A DNA stretch of 64,000 nt, from NCBI GenBank assembly GCA_964016885.1, contig OZ024740.1, positions 418,872,001 to 418,936,000 on the forward strand, given 5' to 3'. The stretch is from Eledone cirrhosa. Taxonomy: Eukaryota. The translations under genes and the position numbers were made by a program. The notes under the pieces are model-generated. The model was not told the origin of the DNA. It did not search any database and saw only the letters and a list, made by a program, of their open reading frames with translations. Positions 27,119 through 42,127 of this stretch are shown in pieces. Position 1 is the stretch's first letter, and every line of letters starts with the position of its first letter.

Positions 27119-27160
27119 GATTTTGCATCAAGAATCTTGCAAAAGAAATACAAAAATGAA
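27119..27160 (+). other. Candidate 42-nt micro-exon
   Basis: ctgtttcaacacag acceptor and GAA|gtaagt donor; open in phase 0 (DFASRILQKKYKNE). Confidence 0.3.
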
Positions 27161-27319
27161 GTAAGTATATATTATATATTATTAACTTTTAACAGCTGTG
27201 CAGACTCAGTTGACTGAGAATAAAACATTGATTAGGGTGCCTCAATTTGAAAAACCATCACCAATCATCTCATGTTAATTATAAATGATAGAAACATCTT
27301 CTGGATGCACACAAAAGGA

Positions 27320-29374
27320 AACAGATTAAAATGGAACCTAAAACACTAAAATGGAACCTAAAACAGCCTAAAATGGAACCTAAAACAAACTATGATGGAA
27401 CCTAAAACAGCCTAAAATGGGACCTAAAACAGACTAAAATGGAACCTAAAACAGCCTAAAATGGAACCTAAAACAGACTACGATGGAACCTAAAACAGAC
27501 TAAAATGGAACCTAAAACAGACTAAAATGGAACCTAAAACAGATTAAAATGGAACCTAAAACAGACTAAAATAGAACCTAATACAGACTACAATGGAACC
27601 TAAATCAGATTAAAATGGAACCAAAAACAGCCTAAAATGGAACCTAAAACAGACTACAATGGAACCTAAAACTGACTAAAATAGAACCTAAAACAGACTA
27701 TGATGGAACCTAAAACAGATTAAAATGGAACCTAAAACAGACTACAATGGAAGCTAAAACTGACTAAAATAGAACCTAAAACAGACTATGATGGAACCTA
27801 AAACAGATTAAAATGGAACCTAAAACAGACTACAATGGAACCTAAAACTGACTAAAATAGAACCTAAAACAGATTATGATGGAACCTAAAACAGATTAAA
27901 ATGGAACCTAAAACAGACTACAATGGAAGCTAAAACTGACTAAAATAGAACCTAAAACAGACTATGATAGAACCTAAAACAGATTAAAATGGAACCTAAA
28001 ACAGACTACAATGGAACCTAAAACTGACTAAAATAGAACCTAAAACAGATTATGATGGAACCTAAAACAGATTAAAATGGAACCTAAAACAGACTACAAT
28101 GGAACCTAAAACTGACTAAAATAGAACCTAAAACAGACTATGATGGAACCTAAAACAGATTAAAATGGAACCTAAAACAGACTAAAACAGAACCTAAAAC
28201 AGATTAAAATAGAACCTAAAACAGACTATGAACCTAAAACAGATTAAAATGGAACCTAAAACAGACTACAATGGAAGCTAAAACTGACTAAAATAGAACC
28301 TAAAACAGATTATGATGGAACCTAAAACAGATTAAAATGGAACCTAAAACAGCCTAAAATGGAACCTAAAACAGACTACGATGGAACCTAAAACAGACTA
28401 AAATGGAACCTAAAACAGACTAAAATGGAACCTAAAACAGATTAAAATGGAACTTAAAACAGACTAAAATAGAACCTAATACAGACTACAATGGAACCTA
28501 AATCAGATTAAAATGGAACCAAAAACAGCCTAAAATGGAACCTAAAACAGACTACAATGGAACCTAAAACTGACTAAAATAGAACCTAAAACAGACTATG
28601 ATGGAACCTAAAACAGATTAAAATGGAACCTAAAACAGACTACAATGGAAGCTAAAACTGACTAAAATAGAACCTAAAACAGACTATGATGGAACCTAAA
28701 ACAGATTAAAATGGAACCTAAAACAGACTACAATGGAACCTAAAACTGACTAAAATAGAACCTAAAACAGATTATGATGGAACCTAAAACAGATTAAAAT
28801 GGAACCTAAAACAGACTACAATGGAAGCTAAAACTGACTAAAATAGAACCTAAAACAGACTATGATAGAACCTAAAACAGATTAAAATGGAACCTAAAAC
28901 AGACTACAATGGAACCTAAAACTGACTAAAATAGAACCTAAAACAGATTATGATGGAACCTAAAACAGATTAAAATGGAACCTAAAACAGACTACAATGG
29001 AACCTAAAACTGACTAAAATAGAACCTAAAACAGACTATGATGGAACCTAAAACAGATTAAAATGGAACCTAAAACAGACTAAAACAGAACCTAAAACAG
29101 ATTAAAATAGAACCTAAAACAGACTATGAACTTAAAACAGATTAAAATGGAACCTAAAACAGACTAAAACAGAACCTAAAACAGATTAAAATGGAACCTA
29201 AAACAGACTACAATGGAACCTAAACTGACTAAAATGGAACCTAAAACAGACTATGATGGAACCTAAAACAGATTAAAATGGAACCTAAAATAAACTACAA
29301 TGGAACCTAAAGCAGACTAAAATGGAACCTAAAACAGACTAAAACAGAACCTAAAACAGATTAAAATGGAACCT
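27320..29374. repeat. 22-bp satellite (about 93 monomers) with higher-order structure
   Basis: Unit AAAATGGAACCTAAAACAGACT; 4-monomer variant cycle; 898-bp block duplication. Confidence 0.95.
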
Positions 29375-29759
29375 GGCTACAATCAACATACGTCGAGATA
29401 AACTTTTGTCATTTTTTTGACACAGTATTTAAAAACCACCAAACTGTGTAATCCCTAAATATATTCATATCTCTTCATATTTTACGTGCAGCTTTTACGT
29501 AAATTAACTTCAGAACACAATTGACATGAAGTGATTCCAACAAAATATAATTTTCCTTATTAATATGAAACACTTTAATGTTGATTCATTGTCACAGCCT
29601 ATCAGAATTTAAACTTATTTTTTACACTATATGAGAACAGATGTTTTTTTTATCTGGTTACCTTTCCCAATTCTTCTATTTTCTGAACTAATGTTTTTAC
29701 ATGACTTTTAAGGACTGAAAATTTTTATCTTATACAGCAGGCATGTAAATTTGGTGCTT

Positions 29760-30030
29760 GTGTCTTCCCTTATCTCTGATCACAAATCTTGGGTAATGAC
29801 TGAAAGAATACAATTGCAAATACAAGCAGCCAAAACAGGGTTCCTCCAAAGGGTCTTTGAATTAATGTTACTCAATAGGGAATATGACTTGGAGATCAGA
29901 GAGTCACTCCAAATAGAGCCACTACTAATCCTGTGATTACAAATATGTCTGGACAGATTATACAGGCAAAGCCAACTGGTAGGAAACCCAGAGGCAAACC
30001 ACAAGCAAGATGGTTGGATAACATCCATGT
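29760..30030 (+). mobile_element. Old RTE-type LINE 3' fragment
   Basis: Fragments SWVMTERIQLQIQAAKTGFLQRV and GRKPRGKPQARWLDNI resemble the RTE C-terminus. Confidence 0.55.
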
Positions 30031-31204
30031 TATTGGAGATCCAGCTGGATCATTTGGAGATGGCTGTTTCTTATATGACCCTCTGGAAGGGGTGTCTGAG
30101 GATTCTGTTCACATGAACCACTCAGGAAGAAGAAGAAGAAGAAGAAGAAGAAGAAGAAGAAGAAGAAGAAGAAGATCATCACTGATTGTCATCAGATGTC
30201 TTACAAATGGATAGACTGTACATAGACTGGACCTTAATGAGGAACATATATTTATTTCAAAGTAAAGGTGATAATGACCCCTGATATATCTAGCTCTGAG
30301 TAAATATGGGTGTTATTACACATGGGAAGGGAATCTTTGTTATCTAAATCAAAATAAACAGTCGAGTGGGAATTTGTGCTTTTAACAAGAAATGATTAGA
30401 CTTCAGTTTTGCAGTATGTCCATACTATCAGTTCTTTCACCATAGCAACTAGACAAATAAAAAATGTGAAATAAAAGATATCAGCTTTCTCGACCATTTA
30501 GAATGTTTATGTTTGTTTTTAGGAGAAGTGTTTTTATTTAAAAAAAAACAAAGATGATGATGCCGTTGAAGAAAGCTGTGATATTAATTTTACTTTGACC
30601 ACACACAGCTCCCAGAAATATAGACAGACAAGAATAAATACTGCTGCTGCCAGTTACTCGTGTCAAACCATCTGATATCATTAACAGATTATTGGTAATT
30701 AGAACTACCCAAGGAAAGCATATGTCAAGCTGTATCAATATTGTTACAGGGCTAAAACGAAGGCGAAAGCCATGTTTTTTTATGGAAGCCTGTGCATGGT
30801 CATAGAAGTAGAGGGCGTCCTGTAAGAACGTATATTGTGACATATGAGGAAATTTAACAGATCTTGGAGTGATAATGTTAGATCGAGACAAATAGAAGGA
30901 GTATTGTTCATTGGATCAAGGGAACTTGACTCGTGAATGAGTGAGAGAAGAAACAAGTAAAAACTAATATTTGCAAAGCCAGTAGATTCACAATCAGTGA
31001 ACTGATAGAAAATTTAGAGTTATATAGATAGATATAGAGTTCAATTGACAAGACCACAGGCACCATTCACTTACCAAGTGAGGGTGGAACTTCTCAAATT
31101 GGACCAAGGAAACAATATTTCCATTGGTCTTTTCATTTCTGATACTGCCAATCCCCACCCTTTTCCTGTCTATATATATGCCAAGTGTTGTGGCTACCCT
31201 GCTA

Positions 31205-31915
31205 ACTACCACCACCACCACAACCACCACCACCACCACCACAACTACCACCACCACCTCAACCACCACAACCACCATCACCACCACCACAACTACCACC
31301 ACCACCTCAACCACCACCACCACAACCACCATCACCACCACCACCACAACCACCATCACCACCACCACCACAACCACCACCACCAGCACTACCATAACCA
31401 CCACCACCACCACCACAACCACCAACACCACAACCACCACCACCACCACCATCACCACCACCACCCACCACCACCACCACCACCACCACCACCTCAACCA
31501 TCACCACCACAACCACCACCACCACCACCACCACAACCACCACAACCACCACCACAACCACCACAACCACCACCACAACCACCACCACCACCACCACAAC
31601 CACCACCACCACCACCACAACCACCACCACAACCACCACAACCACCACCACCACAACCACCACCACCACCACAACCACCATCACAACCACCACCACAACC
31701 ACCACAACCACCACCACCACCACCACCACAACCTCCACCACCACAACCACCACAACCACCACCACCACCACCACAACCACCACAACCACCACCACCACCA
31801 CCACAACCACCACCACAACCACCATCACCACCACCACCACCACCACCACAACCACAACCACCACCACCACAACCACAACCACCACCACAACCACCACCAC
31901 AACCACCACCACCCC
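31205..31915. repeat. (CCA)/(CAA) compound repeat
   Basis: Directly visible. Confidence 0.95.
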
Positions 31916-32310
31916 AATCCCCACCAAAGCAATATATTATCTCAACTCCTTTTACCAAAAATCTAAAAAATGGCGACAACTGAACATTTCAACCATGGAA
32001 ACTTCCAATACATAACAACATTCAAAATTTCCAAACACAACCTTCTTTCATTTTGCAACTGGTGACCCGACAACAAACACATTTTTCTGAACACATCATT
32101 CAATCAACACAACATCCAAACCAACAGTACTGAATTCCCACCCACATGCTTAACTTTGTCACTTAACTGAGATAAGAAGGGCATCCATAGACAACCAAGC
32201 CAAAAACAAAATATGTGAGCAGGCCATGGTCACCTGACCTGTCTAGCTACATAATGTTACAACCCATCTAACCCATGCAAGCATGGAAAATAAATGTTAA
32301 TCGGTGATAA

Positions 32311-32715
32311 TCATCATCATCATCATCACCATTTTACGTCAGTTCTTCCACGCTAGCATGGGTTAGACAGGTTGTCCTGTTGTGGGCAGTGTCCGGTCGG
32401 CTGACCTTGTCTTGCTCATACGGGAACTGATTCTGGCTTGATTTCTACAGCTGGATGCCTTTCCTAACACCAACCTCATTTACAGTGAGTGCTGGGTGCT
32501 TTTTTTCTGTGGCCCCTACACGTCCACTTTACAGTGTGGGCTGGGTGCTTTTTTGCCGTGACACCTCCACGACCCTTTGCAGTGGGAGGGGGTGCAGGCA
32601 TACTGTCTATATTCTTCAGCTTCGGCATGTACCCATTGGGGGTCGGGTCTTCTGTATTACTGTGTAACGCCAGAGGTCGCGGTCGTGTGTTATCACCCTT
32701 GGTAAGGTCGGCTTT
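32311..32715 (-). mobile_element. RTE 3'UTR fragment
   Basis: Reverse complement of about 14360-14760. Confidence 0.8.
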
Positions 32716-32869
32716 TAATGATGGTGATAATGATGATAGTGATAATGATGGTGATGATGATGATGATGATGATGATGATTCATACTGATTCATCCAAAAA
32801 TGAAGAGCTCTGTTAAATTGGACAGCATTTTATGTCTACCACTCATACAACCAATACAATAAAAGTTAA

Positions 32870-33083
32870 CCCTTTAGTATTTACACTACTCTATACCTAC
32901 TATTGTATTTTCATGGTAAAGGCTTTATCTTACATAGTTATCTCACATAATCTATGAGATTTTGATATTATTTATTTTGAGAGCCATACCTTAACATCAG
33001 TATGAGTGACCGGTTATGGCCAGTTTAAACAAAAAGAGGTGAGAGAATTCTGGCCGGATATGGCTGGTTTAAATGCTAAAAGG
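32870..33083 (+). mobile_element. piggyBac-like MITE
   Basis: TTAA-CCCTTTAGTATTTA..TAAATGCTAAAAGG-TTAA. Confidence 0.8.
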
Positions 33084-33344
33084 TTAAAGCAAGGAAATAC
33101 GCAAAAAGAAATCGAACATAATTTTTACAACAAACTATTAACTGCATGAATAATTAAGCAATATTTGTATGGATAACATTAACTTTTAGCATCCGCCCAA
33201 CAAATATAACACTCAATTTCCTATACAGCTCTTTCCACAGTAAATGTAAACATTTCCTCGTCAAATAACACTTTGTTGTTTTTTACAAAAACAAGCAAGA
33301 AAACAAAACATTTTTTACACACCCATGTTTATGATTGTTCCTGC

Positions 33345-33439
33345 TATAACAACAACAACAACAGCACCACCACAAACAACAACAACAACAGCGACAACAA
33401 CGCTGTCGACGCCTACACCACCACCACGATGAACAACAA

Positions 33440-33492
<53 letters not shown>

Positions 33493-34850
33493 GCACCACT
33501 ACCAGTAACAACACCAACAGCAGCAGCAGAAGAAGCAACAGTAGCAACAACAACACCACCACCACCAACAACAACAACAACACCAACAGCACCACCACCA
33601 TCACCATCACCACCACCACCGTCACCATCACCAACAACAACACCACCACCAACAACAACAACACCAACAGCACCACCACCATCACCATCACCACCACCAC
33701 CGTCACCATCACCAACAACAACACCACCACCACCAACAACAACAACACCAACAACAACACCACCACCATCACCATCGCCACCACCACCGTCACCATCACC
33801 AACAACAACACCACCACCACCACCACCACCATCACCACCATCACCAACAACAACAACACCACCACCATCACCATCACCACCAACAACAACACCACTAACA
33901 CCACCACCAACAACAACACCACCATCACCACCACCATCACCACCACCACCAACAACAACACCACCTTCACCACCACCATCACCACCACCACCACCATCAC
34001 CACCACCACCAACAACACCACCTTCACCACCACCATCATCACCACCACAACCATCACCACCACCACCAACAACACCACCTTCACCACCACCATCACCACC
34101 ACCACCATCACCACCACCACCAACAACACCACCTTCACCACCACCATCACCACCACCACCAACAACAACACCACCACCACCATCATCACCGCCACCAACA
34201 ACAACACCACCAACACCACCAACACCACCAATAACAACACCACCACCATCACCACCAACAACAACACCACCACCAATAACAACACCACCACCATCACCAC
34301 CAACAACAACACCACCACCATCACCACCACCATCACCACCACCACCAACAACAACACCACCACTATCACCACCACCACCATCACCACCACCATCACCACC
34401 AACAACAACACCACCACTATCACCACCACCACCAACAACAACACCACCACTATCACCACCACCACCACCACCATCACCACCACCATCAGCACCAACAACA
34501 ACAACACCACCACTATCACCACCACCACCAACAACACTACCACTATCACCACCACCACCATCACCATCACCACCACCATCACCACCAACAACACCACCTT
34601 CACCACCACCATCCCTACCAACAACAACAACACTACCACCATCACCACCACCATCACCACCACCACCAACAACAACACCACCACTATCACCACCACCACC
34701 ACCATCACCATCACCACCACCGCCACCAACAACACCACCACCATCACAATCACCACCATCACCAACAACAACACCACCACCACCATCACCACCACCACCA
34801 CCACCACCAACACCACCACCACCAATAACAACAACAACAACAGCAGTAGA
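33345..34850. repeat. 1.5-kb (ACC/AAC/ATC) compound trinucleotide repeat
   Basis: Directly visible; accounts for the Thr/Asn-rich and Gly/Val-rich ORFs. Confidence 0.95.
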
Positions 34851-35149
34851 TACAACAATAACATCCAAACCCTCAGTACAGAATACCTACCCACATGTTC
34901 AACATGGAAACACGATAATGAACATAATTTTTACTACAATCTTTTAACTGCATCAATAATTAACCAATATTTATTTTAATGTTTTCTTATTTGCGTCCAT
35001 TCAATAATTTTATGCTCTTTAGATATTGTTTATTGTAAAAGATTTTCTCCATTGTTTTTGGAACATTTCAAAATATTTATTCCAGTTGTGATTTTCTCAC
35101 TTCAATATGTTATAATCTGACTTTGAACGAATTTATTGTTTTAAATGTC

Positions 35150-35182
<33 letters not shown>

Positions 35183-35191
35183 ACACACACA

Positions 35192-35260
<69 letters not shown>

Positions 35261-35830
35261 CCCCCCCCCACACACACACAAGCAAAAAAAAATGTTAACA
35301 TTTTACGCACATTTCTACACAAGTCCAAAGTATATTATTGATTTAACTGGGATTTTGCGATATATTCTCTTCTCTTGGCCTTCAACCAGCTTTTTGGAGA
35401 AAGGAATAGCTGTTGCCTCACACAACCATCCACACCCGCATGGACGCACAGGACTGCATATTGCAGATACACTTGCTAATGCAGTTGTATGCATGTGGCC
35501 ACATCTGAACTTCAAACTAGTCTCAACTCTCCCAATTCACTGGGATGGTTATCAAATGCCATGCTCCATATGTTTTCAATAGCAAAGATCTCAATCCCAC
35601 ATTTTCAAACCATACGGCAGTACTAAGTTCTCTCTTATGCTACCTCTTCTTCTTTCAATCACTTATTTTTTCAGCAATCAAGACTGAGAAGTTATGTTGT
35701 GAAATTATCTGCAGATGAAAAATGCAGACCAAAATAGCTAAAACATTATCACCAGAAATAATTCTGGTGAAATCCGTGGGTATTTAAACCAAATCAAACC
35801 AGTTTTGCCCTGTTTTTCACTTCCTTTCAG

Positions 35831-35935
35831 TCTTTGACACAGTTGACAATGCCTAGCTATAGTAGTCACTGGTCAATAAGGCACTGTTACAGCTGGGTCA
35901 GGGTACTCAAGTCAGTAAACTTGCCATTCACCAAG
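35831..35935 (+). other. Candidate 105-nt exon
   Basis: tttttcacttcctttcag acceptor and AAG|gtaata donor; open in phase 0 (SLTQLTMPSYSSHWSIRHCYSWVRVLKSVNLPFTK). Confidence 0.25.
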
Positions 35936-37886
35936 GTAATATTTTATTTTAACTAACATCTTTACATACACACATTCACTCACAAATTCCAGCACATCCC
36001 AACAAAATATATTTTAGCTATGAACACTACATTTAGTAACCTGTTGATGAAACACTCTTATATAAAACCTTTCTATGTATTCTGGTTGTTATATTTTGCT
36101 ACATGGTTTCATCATTTCATGGCACAAATAAAAATATAAAAATTAGCAGTTTGGTTTCCTTGTTCTGTTTCAATTCATCATGGTCCTGATCTTTTTTCCG
36201 GCACCAATCAACACTTCAATATCCTTGACAACAAACAAATCTACTAAAAATCTTCCTGTCTCCAGTTTCCTCAAAGAGTATTCACAAGAATATAATAGCA
36301 AATCTATACATTTAAATTTACTTTTTAGTTAAATGTTAATGGAAGGGTTGTGATTTGTATCTTGTAACAATGATTATAGCAATATATAGACATGTAATCC
36401 ATCAATCATAAGTTTCATTCTTTATTTACTTAGACATAAGTAAATAAAAATATTCACAAAACTGAAAGAAAGGCACACTATAGACTGAAAGAACATGAAG
36501 CAGTCAGTATTTATATGTGCTTCTATTTCTTCAATATAAGCTGACTCTATAAAGATTCTATGGTAGAAATATATACTACACATCCTATATAGAATCACAA
36601 AAAGATAGGATAAAACGCTAATGAGATTAAAGCAAGAATCAACTTAAACAGATATTTTCTAATAATTATTAGAGTTTGCATCAGTTGTTAGAAGTAATGA
36701 ACTGGAAATTTATTAGCTGAAATCAATGTTGAAATATTGAAATCTGTATTGTATGATATATCATTAAAATGTTATGAAGATAATTCCAATATCCTATATT
36801 AAGAATTAGCAGAAAGATTTCAGGTTTGATGTGTAAAGCAAGATAATCAGAATTATCAAATTGCACAAAAATATATATATACTCAAATTAACTTGTAATT
36901 GATTCAATGGCTGATTAAAATTAGAACGAAACATATTTAAATATGTTAAAGTAATTATAAATTATTGCTAATTGCTTGAGGCAAAAATGGAAGAAAATGA
37001 AGGTTGTAACAATGGATATTGAGATGACTTTAACACTTTCAAACAAATCTTAAACATTTTCAGATCTATATCTTCTAATTACTGGAAAAATATTATATCA
37101 GGTGACATAAATCTGTGAATGATATTCATACAATAATCATCATTATATAACATCCATTTTGTTCATGCTGATATGAGTTGGACAGATCTCATTACATTTT
37201 GCTTATGTCACAATCCTTAAATACCAGGAAATCCCAGTGGAAGGAAGTCTTAGTAGAGGACGACCAAGAAAGACCTGGGCAGAGGTTGTGAGAGCAGACC
37301 TCAAATTGCTAAGACTGGAAGAGAAGATAAGTGGAGAGATGTCATGCTGAGAAGGACCCGTCCAACCCATGCAAGCATGGAAGAGCGGACATAAAATAGT
37401 GATGATACAGTAACAAAGAACTGCTAGTCTTTTTTACGTGTATTGTTTTTGGCCTGGTTTTTATGGTTGGATTCCCTTCCTTGGTTGTTTCAGTGCCTTA
37501 ATCTCACCATCACCTAAATGCTACTGTGGTGTGCGACTGACTGACGTACTTAAGGCTGAATTGATAGTTTTATTTCTTCTCTCGCTTTTATTTTATATTT
37601 TTGTGTATTATATTTATAAGGTTCCTAGCAATAATTAATTGATTACAAGTATGTACTTCTATTTGCCTTTCATCCTTTCGAGGTCGATAAATAAAGTACC
37701 AATCCAGTACTGGGGTCAATTCTTCCTCTATAGAAAATATCAACTGTGTTCAGACCTGGAGAGGGTTGGGCTCCACCAGGTTTAAAAGTGCCCCAGACAC
37801 ACCATATGACGGTGCCTCTACAACTCCACAAGGAGTTATGGGATCTTTATCTTTTATTTATTTATTATTATTTGTTATATGATGAA

Positions 37887-38205
37887 GGCACATGGTTTAG
37901 TGATTAGAGCATTGGGCTTGTAATCGAAAGGTTGTGAGTTCAATTCTCAGACTGAGTGATGTATTGTTTCCTTGAGCAAGACACTTTATTTCACATTGCT
38001 CCAGTTTACTCAGCTAATGAGATGATAGGACTGGGGCCCCTATCATTCCACTGCAAAGTGGTCGTGGAGATGCCATGGCAAAAAAGCACCCAGCACTCAC
38101 TGTAAATGAGGTTGGTGTTAGGAAGGGCATCCAGCTGTAGAAATCAAGCCAGAATCAGTTCCCATCCCACCCTTGCAAGCAGGGAAAAGCGAACGTAAAA
38201 TGATA
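37887..38205 (+). mobile_element. tRNA-headed CORE-like SINE ending in the RTE 3' tail
   Basis: GGCACATGGTTTAGTGATTAGAGC..GTGAGTTCAATTC..CCTTGAGCAAGACACTTT, then GGTGTTAGGAAGGGCATCCAGCTGTAGAAATC; reverse copy at 58336-58644. Confidence 0.7.
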
Positions 38206-38796
38206 AAACAAAAAAAAAAATTTGTTAAATATGATAAAATAAACCCATACCAATACTAAAATCCAATATAAAAAAAAATCCCTTCCTATCACCAATAATT
38301 TTATAACATGGGCTGGATGCATTTTATCCTGGCACTGACACTAGACTCTATTGCTAAAAATAATTGAAACCTTATTAAAAGAGATATAAAAACTATATAT
38401 ATATAATCATTTTCAGCAGAGCTGTTCTGCTAGGGAACAGATCACAGATGGCAGATAGCTATATGATGGCTAATTGCGATATAAGCAGGCAACTGCCAGA
38501 CAAATAAGCAATCCTGGACGAACAGTGGTAAACTACTAGAGAAAATGGAGCAATGGGTGACCCCTTTAGCTCCCAAGAAAATTCTCACAACCCTCCAATC
38601 ATTTTATAACATGGGCTAGATTGATTTTATCCTGTCACTAACACTAGAGTCTAATGCTAAAAATAACTGAAACCTTATTTAAAAGGATGCAATCAAAGTT
38701 AAGAAAATGTGTTAATATTTATATTGAACAAAATTGAGAGTGGGGAAAAATAAAATATAAATTTATAATAAAATAAGTCATTATTTGAATTCCCAA

Positions 38797-38982
38797 GGGC
38801 GGTGGATTGGCAGTATTGGTAGAGGGTCGGACGCCATGCTTTCCAGCATAGTTACGTCCCTTTACGATCTGAGTTCAAATCCCACCGAGGTTGACTTTGT
38901 CTTTCATTCTTACGGGGTCGATAAAATAAAGTACCAGTAATGCACTGGGTAATTGCTGACCTTGTGCCTAAAGTAGAAACAA
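38797..38982 (+). mobile_element. Nin/Deu-like SINE with 16-bp TSD
   Basis: TSD TTATTTGAATTCCCAA at 38781-38796 and 38983-38998. Confidence 0.85.
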
Positions 38983-40242
38983 TTATTTGAATTCCCAATT
39001 GCTGTAATTTCACTGCTAATTCTATAGGAAAAGGCATGAATACTACACTTCCAATTACAACATGGAAGTTTTCTAGCGAAATAAAAAGAACCAATATTTA
39101 CATTGCACGAAACAGGCTTTCTGAGCCGTGAACCACTGGTAATGTAATACAAGAATAAGTCAATATATAGAATGCTAGCTACAATAAATACAATTGATCT
39201 CCACTTAATCTAAGCTGGTTTTCATGAAATAGATATCAGAGAAAGTATAAAATATGTTTGGCATCATAATTTTATAAATGTAGCCATTAAAACTCTTTGG
39301 CTGACATATTAGACTCTACAGTGTTTATGGATTAAATAAGAAAATTACTGACATGTTATTACTGGTAGTACCACTCACAATATTGGAAACATTATTAAAA
39401 TTTGATATTATCATTGTCATCATCATCATCATCATCATGGTTATTACTATCATCATCTTCACCATAACTATCACCATTGCCCCCACCACTAACTTTACTA
39501 TTATCAACTTTACCACTACTACCATTATCATAATTCTTATCCCCATTCTCTTCCTACTCCTTCTTGTTCCTGCCTGCCAAATGACATTTAATCCAATACT
39601 TTTTATGATTATACTTCTCAGGGTTGCTAAATAAAGTATATATGGGTAGAGGATGGGCAAAATTGTTAGAGGAATGGATGGGAAGCCATGCGATATTTGT
39701 TCTAGCTCTTTTGTTCAGAATTCAAACCCCATCATGGCCTCCTTGTGTGGAAGACTTAATCCGTTGCCTAGTTTAACACTACTATTTAGTCCTTGGGCGC
39801 CATTAACAGAATCCTTTCTGTTGCAAAATTTCAGGTCCCATTTCTTGCTTGAAAATAGCTTCCTCCCTCCCACCAGTTATGATCATCCCATCTTTTTAGG
39901 GGTATTTAGGAGTAAAGACCCCATTTGATCACGAATGACCATGGGATTTGCACCTAGAAAGTTACCCTCTGAGGCACAAGTCTGGACAAGGTTGTTTGTG
40001 GAAGACCAGCAGTCACCCATACATACCAGTCTCCCCTCTCCATGTCACCAATGTTGTCCAAGGGAAAGGCAAAGGCCGATACAGCTTGACACCCGTGACA
40101 TCGCAACTCATTTCTACAGCTGAGTAAACTGGAACAACGTGAAATAAAGTGTCTTGCTGAAGAACACAATGCAAAGCCCTGTCTGAGACAACCTCCCAAT
40201 TATAAGCTCAATGCGCTAACCACTAAGCCATTATTCAATAAA

Positions 40243-40429
40243 GGGCGTTGGATTGGCAGTATCAGTAGAGGGTCGGACGCCATGCTTTGCAGCAAAGAGT
40301 TACGGCCCTTTATGGTCTGAGTTCAAATCCCGCCGAGGTTAACTTTGCCTTTCATCCTTATGGGGTCGATAAAATAAAGTACCAGTAATGCACCGGGTAA
40401 TTGCTGGCCATGTGCCAAAAGTAGAAACA
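40243..40429 (+). mobile_element. Nin/Deu-like SINE
   Basis: Same family; ATTATTCAATAA duplicated on both sides. Confidence 0.8.
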
Positions 40430-42127
40430 ATTATTCAATAATGGTGGTGGTGGTGGGTGTAGTATTTGATTTTAGGAGATTTGGCAGCCATTTATAACAG
40501 ATTGAATGACAAGTAAAGGCTCACACATTGACTTGAAACAGACCCTCTGTAGATAAATTGTGAAGCATTAGCAATGGTATAAATAGAAATGAAGAAAACT
40601 GTCATATTTTAAAGTGTCAGATGAGAGATATTTGAAGATTACAATCTGTGAATTTATAGCTATTCAATAAAAATATTATTGAAATTTAACTTCCTTTTTA
40701 ATGATCTTTGCAAAGGAATTTTTCTGTTTTCAATTTAGTGTTTCTATTATGTTATTTGTAGGTTGCTTAGTTCTAAAGTCTGTCTTGTACCCAGAGACTC
40801 ATCAGGCCGGTGCTTGTCCTGGTTTCTGTGTGTGTGTGTGTGTGTGACAGCTCACACCTATTCAGGTTTAGCTGGCCTCCTCCAAGGTATATCTCATTGG
40901 AGGTGTCTTGGGTGATTTAATGATAGGGACCCCAGTCCTATCATCTCATTTCTACAGCTGAATAAACTGGAGCAACGTGAAATAAAGTGTCTTGCTCAAG
41001 GAAACAACACATCACCCGGTCCGAGTATTGAACTCACAACCTTTCAATAGCAAGCCCAACCACTAAGCCATGCACCTGGTTTCTGTGGCATGAAGTGACT
41101 GAGAGTACAAGACTCCCTCCTGGACTGGACACCAGTCTATCACATGGTTAAACCCACAGCTATTGCTGGTACTCATTTTCAGCTGAGCAATGTGAAATGA
41201 AGTGTTTTGCTCAAAAACACAACACACAAACCCACAACATCATGATCATAAGTCCAACACACTTACCACTAGGCCACACTCCTCCACAGGTTACTCACTT
41301 ACAAATGTTTAATATCATAAGGATATTGATTGTATTTTAGTTGCCATTTTAGTTCAAGATATCTTAATTTAAAAATCTTCAGCAAGATGCACAGTTTATT
41401 ATGTTAATATTTGATCTATTTATCAAATATTGTTTATGATTATAATAGTTCTTCATTATAGGAAAATATGGGAGATGTTTGTTATTCCTTTCAGTTTGTA
41501 AAACTTGAAACATTTCAATTCTTGTCAAGATGAATTATATTAAACATGTGTGAAGTGGTCATTTGGTGCCACAATAAAAAGCTCCCAGTCCGCACTGTAA
41601 AACGGTTGTGCTGGTGACACAAATAAAGTGCCCAGACCAAACTGTAAAGAGGTGGTTTGGTGACACAACAATGCTCCCAGTCCACACTGCAGAATGGTTG
41701 TGTTGGTGACACAACAAAAAGCACCCAGCCGACATTGCAAAGTGGTCATTTTGGTGCTACAATAAAAAGCACCCAGTCCACCACGTAAAGTGGTCATTTT
41801 GGTGTCACAATAAAAATCTCCCTGTCCATACTGTAAATAAAGAAAAAGAATTGTCACAGGAATGCTACCACTTAAATTAAACTTTCGCTGGAGATAGATT
41901 ATCAAAATTGAATAAGTGGAGGAGTTGGAATTAGAGCAGGGTCGTTGGAAAAAATCTGAGTATGAGATTGATAAAAAAAATACATGAGAATGTATTAGGG
42001 GTCAATATAATCAAGTAAAAACCATTGAAAGCACTGCTGCAACATGGGTGCAGTTCAATGACTGAAACCAAGGAATGAATAAAATCATATTATTGTGTTT
42101 GTTTATGTGTTGTTCTTTTTTTTTTAG

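Noticed and set aside
27320-29374. CRISPR-like regular repeats (also 20005-20495, 22183-22650 and 54843-54988)
   Set aside because: Head-to-tail units with no unique spacers, no cas genes, eukaryotic context
31045-34979. Pro/His-rich and Thr/Asn-rich mucin-like ORFs
   Set aside because: Stop-free trinucleotide repeats with near-uniform codons
35400-35640. Cys-rich minus-strand stretch resembling a CXC domain of a decayed transposon
   Set aside because: Several stops and frameshifts; too weak to assign
38290-38685. About 90-bp direct repeats suggesting LTRs
   Set aside because: No TG..CA ends, PBS, PPT or TSD; more likely an old local duplication
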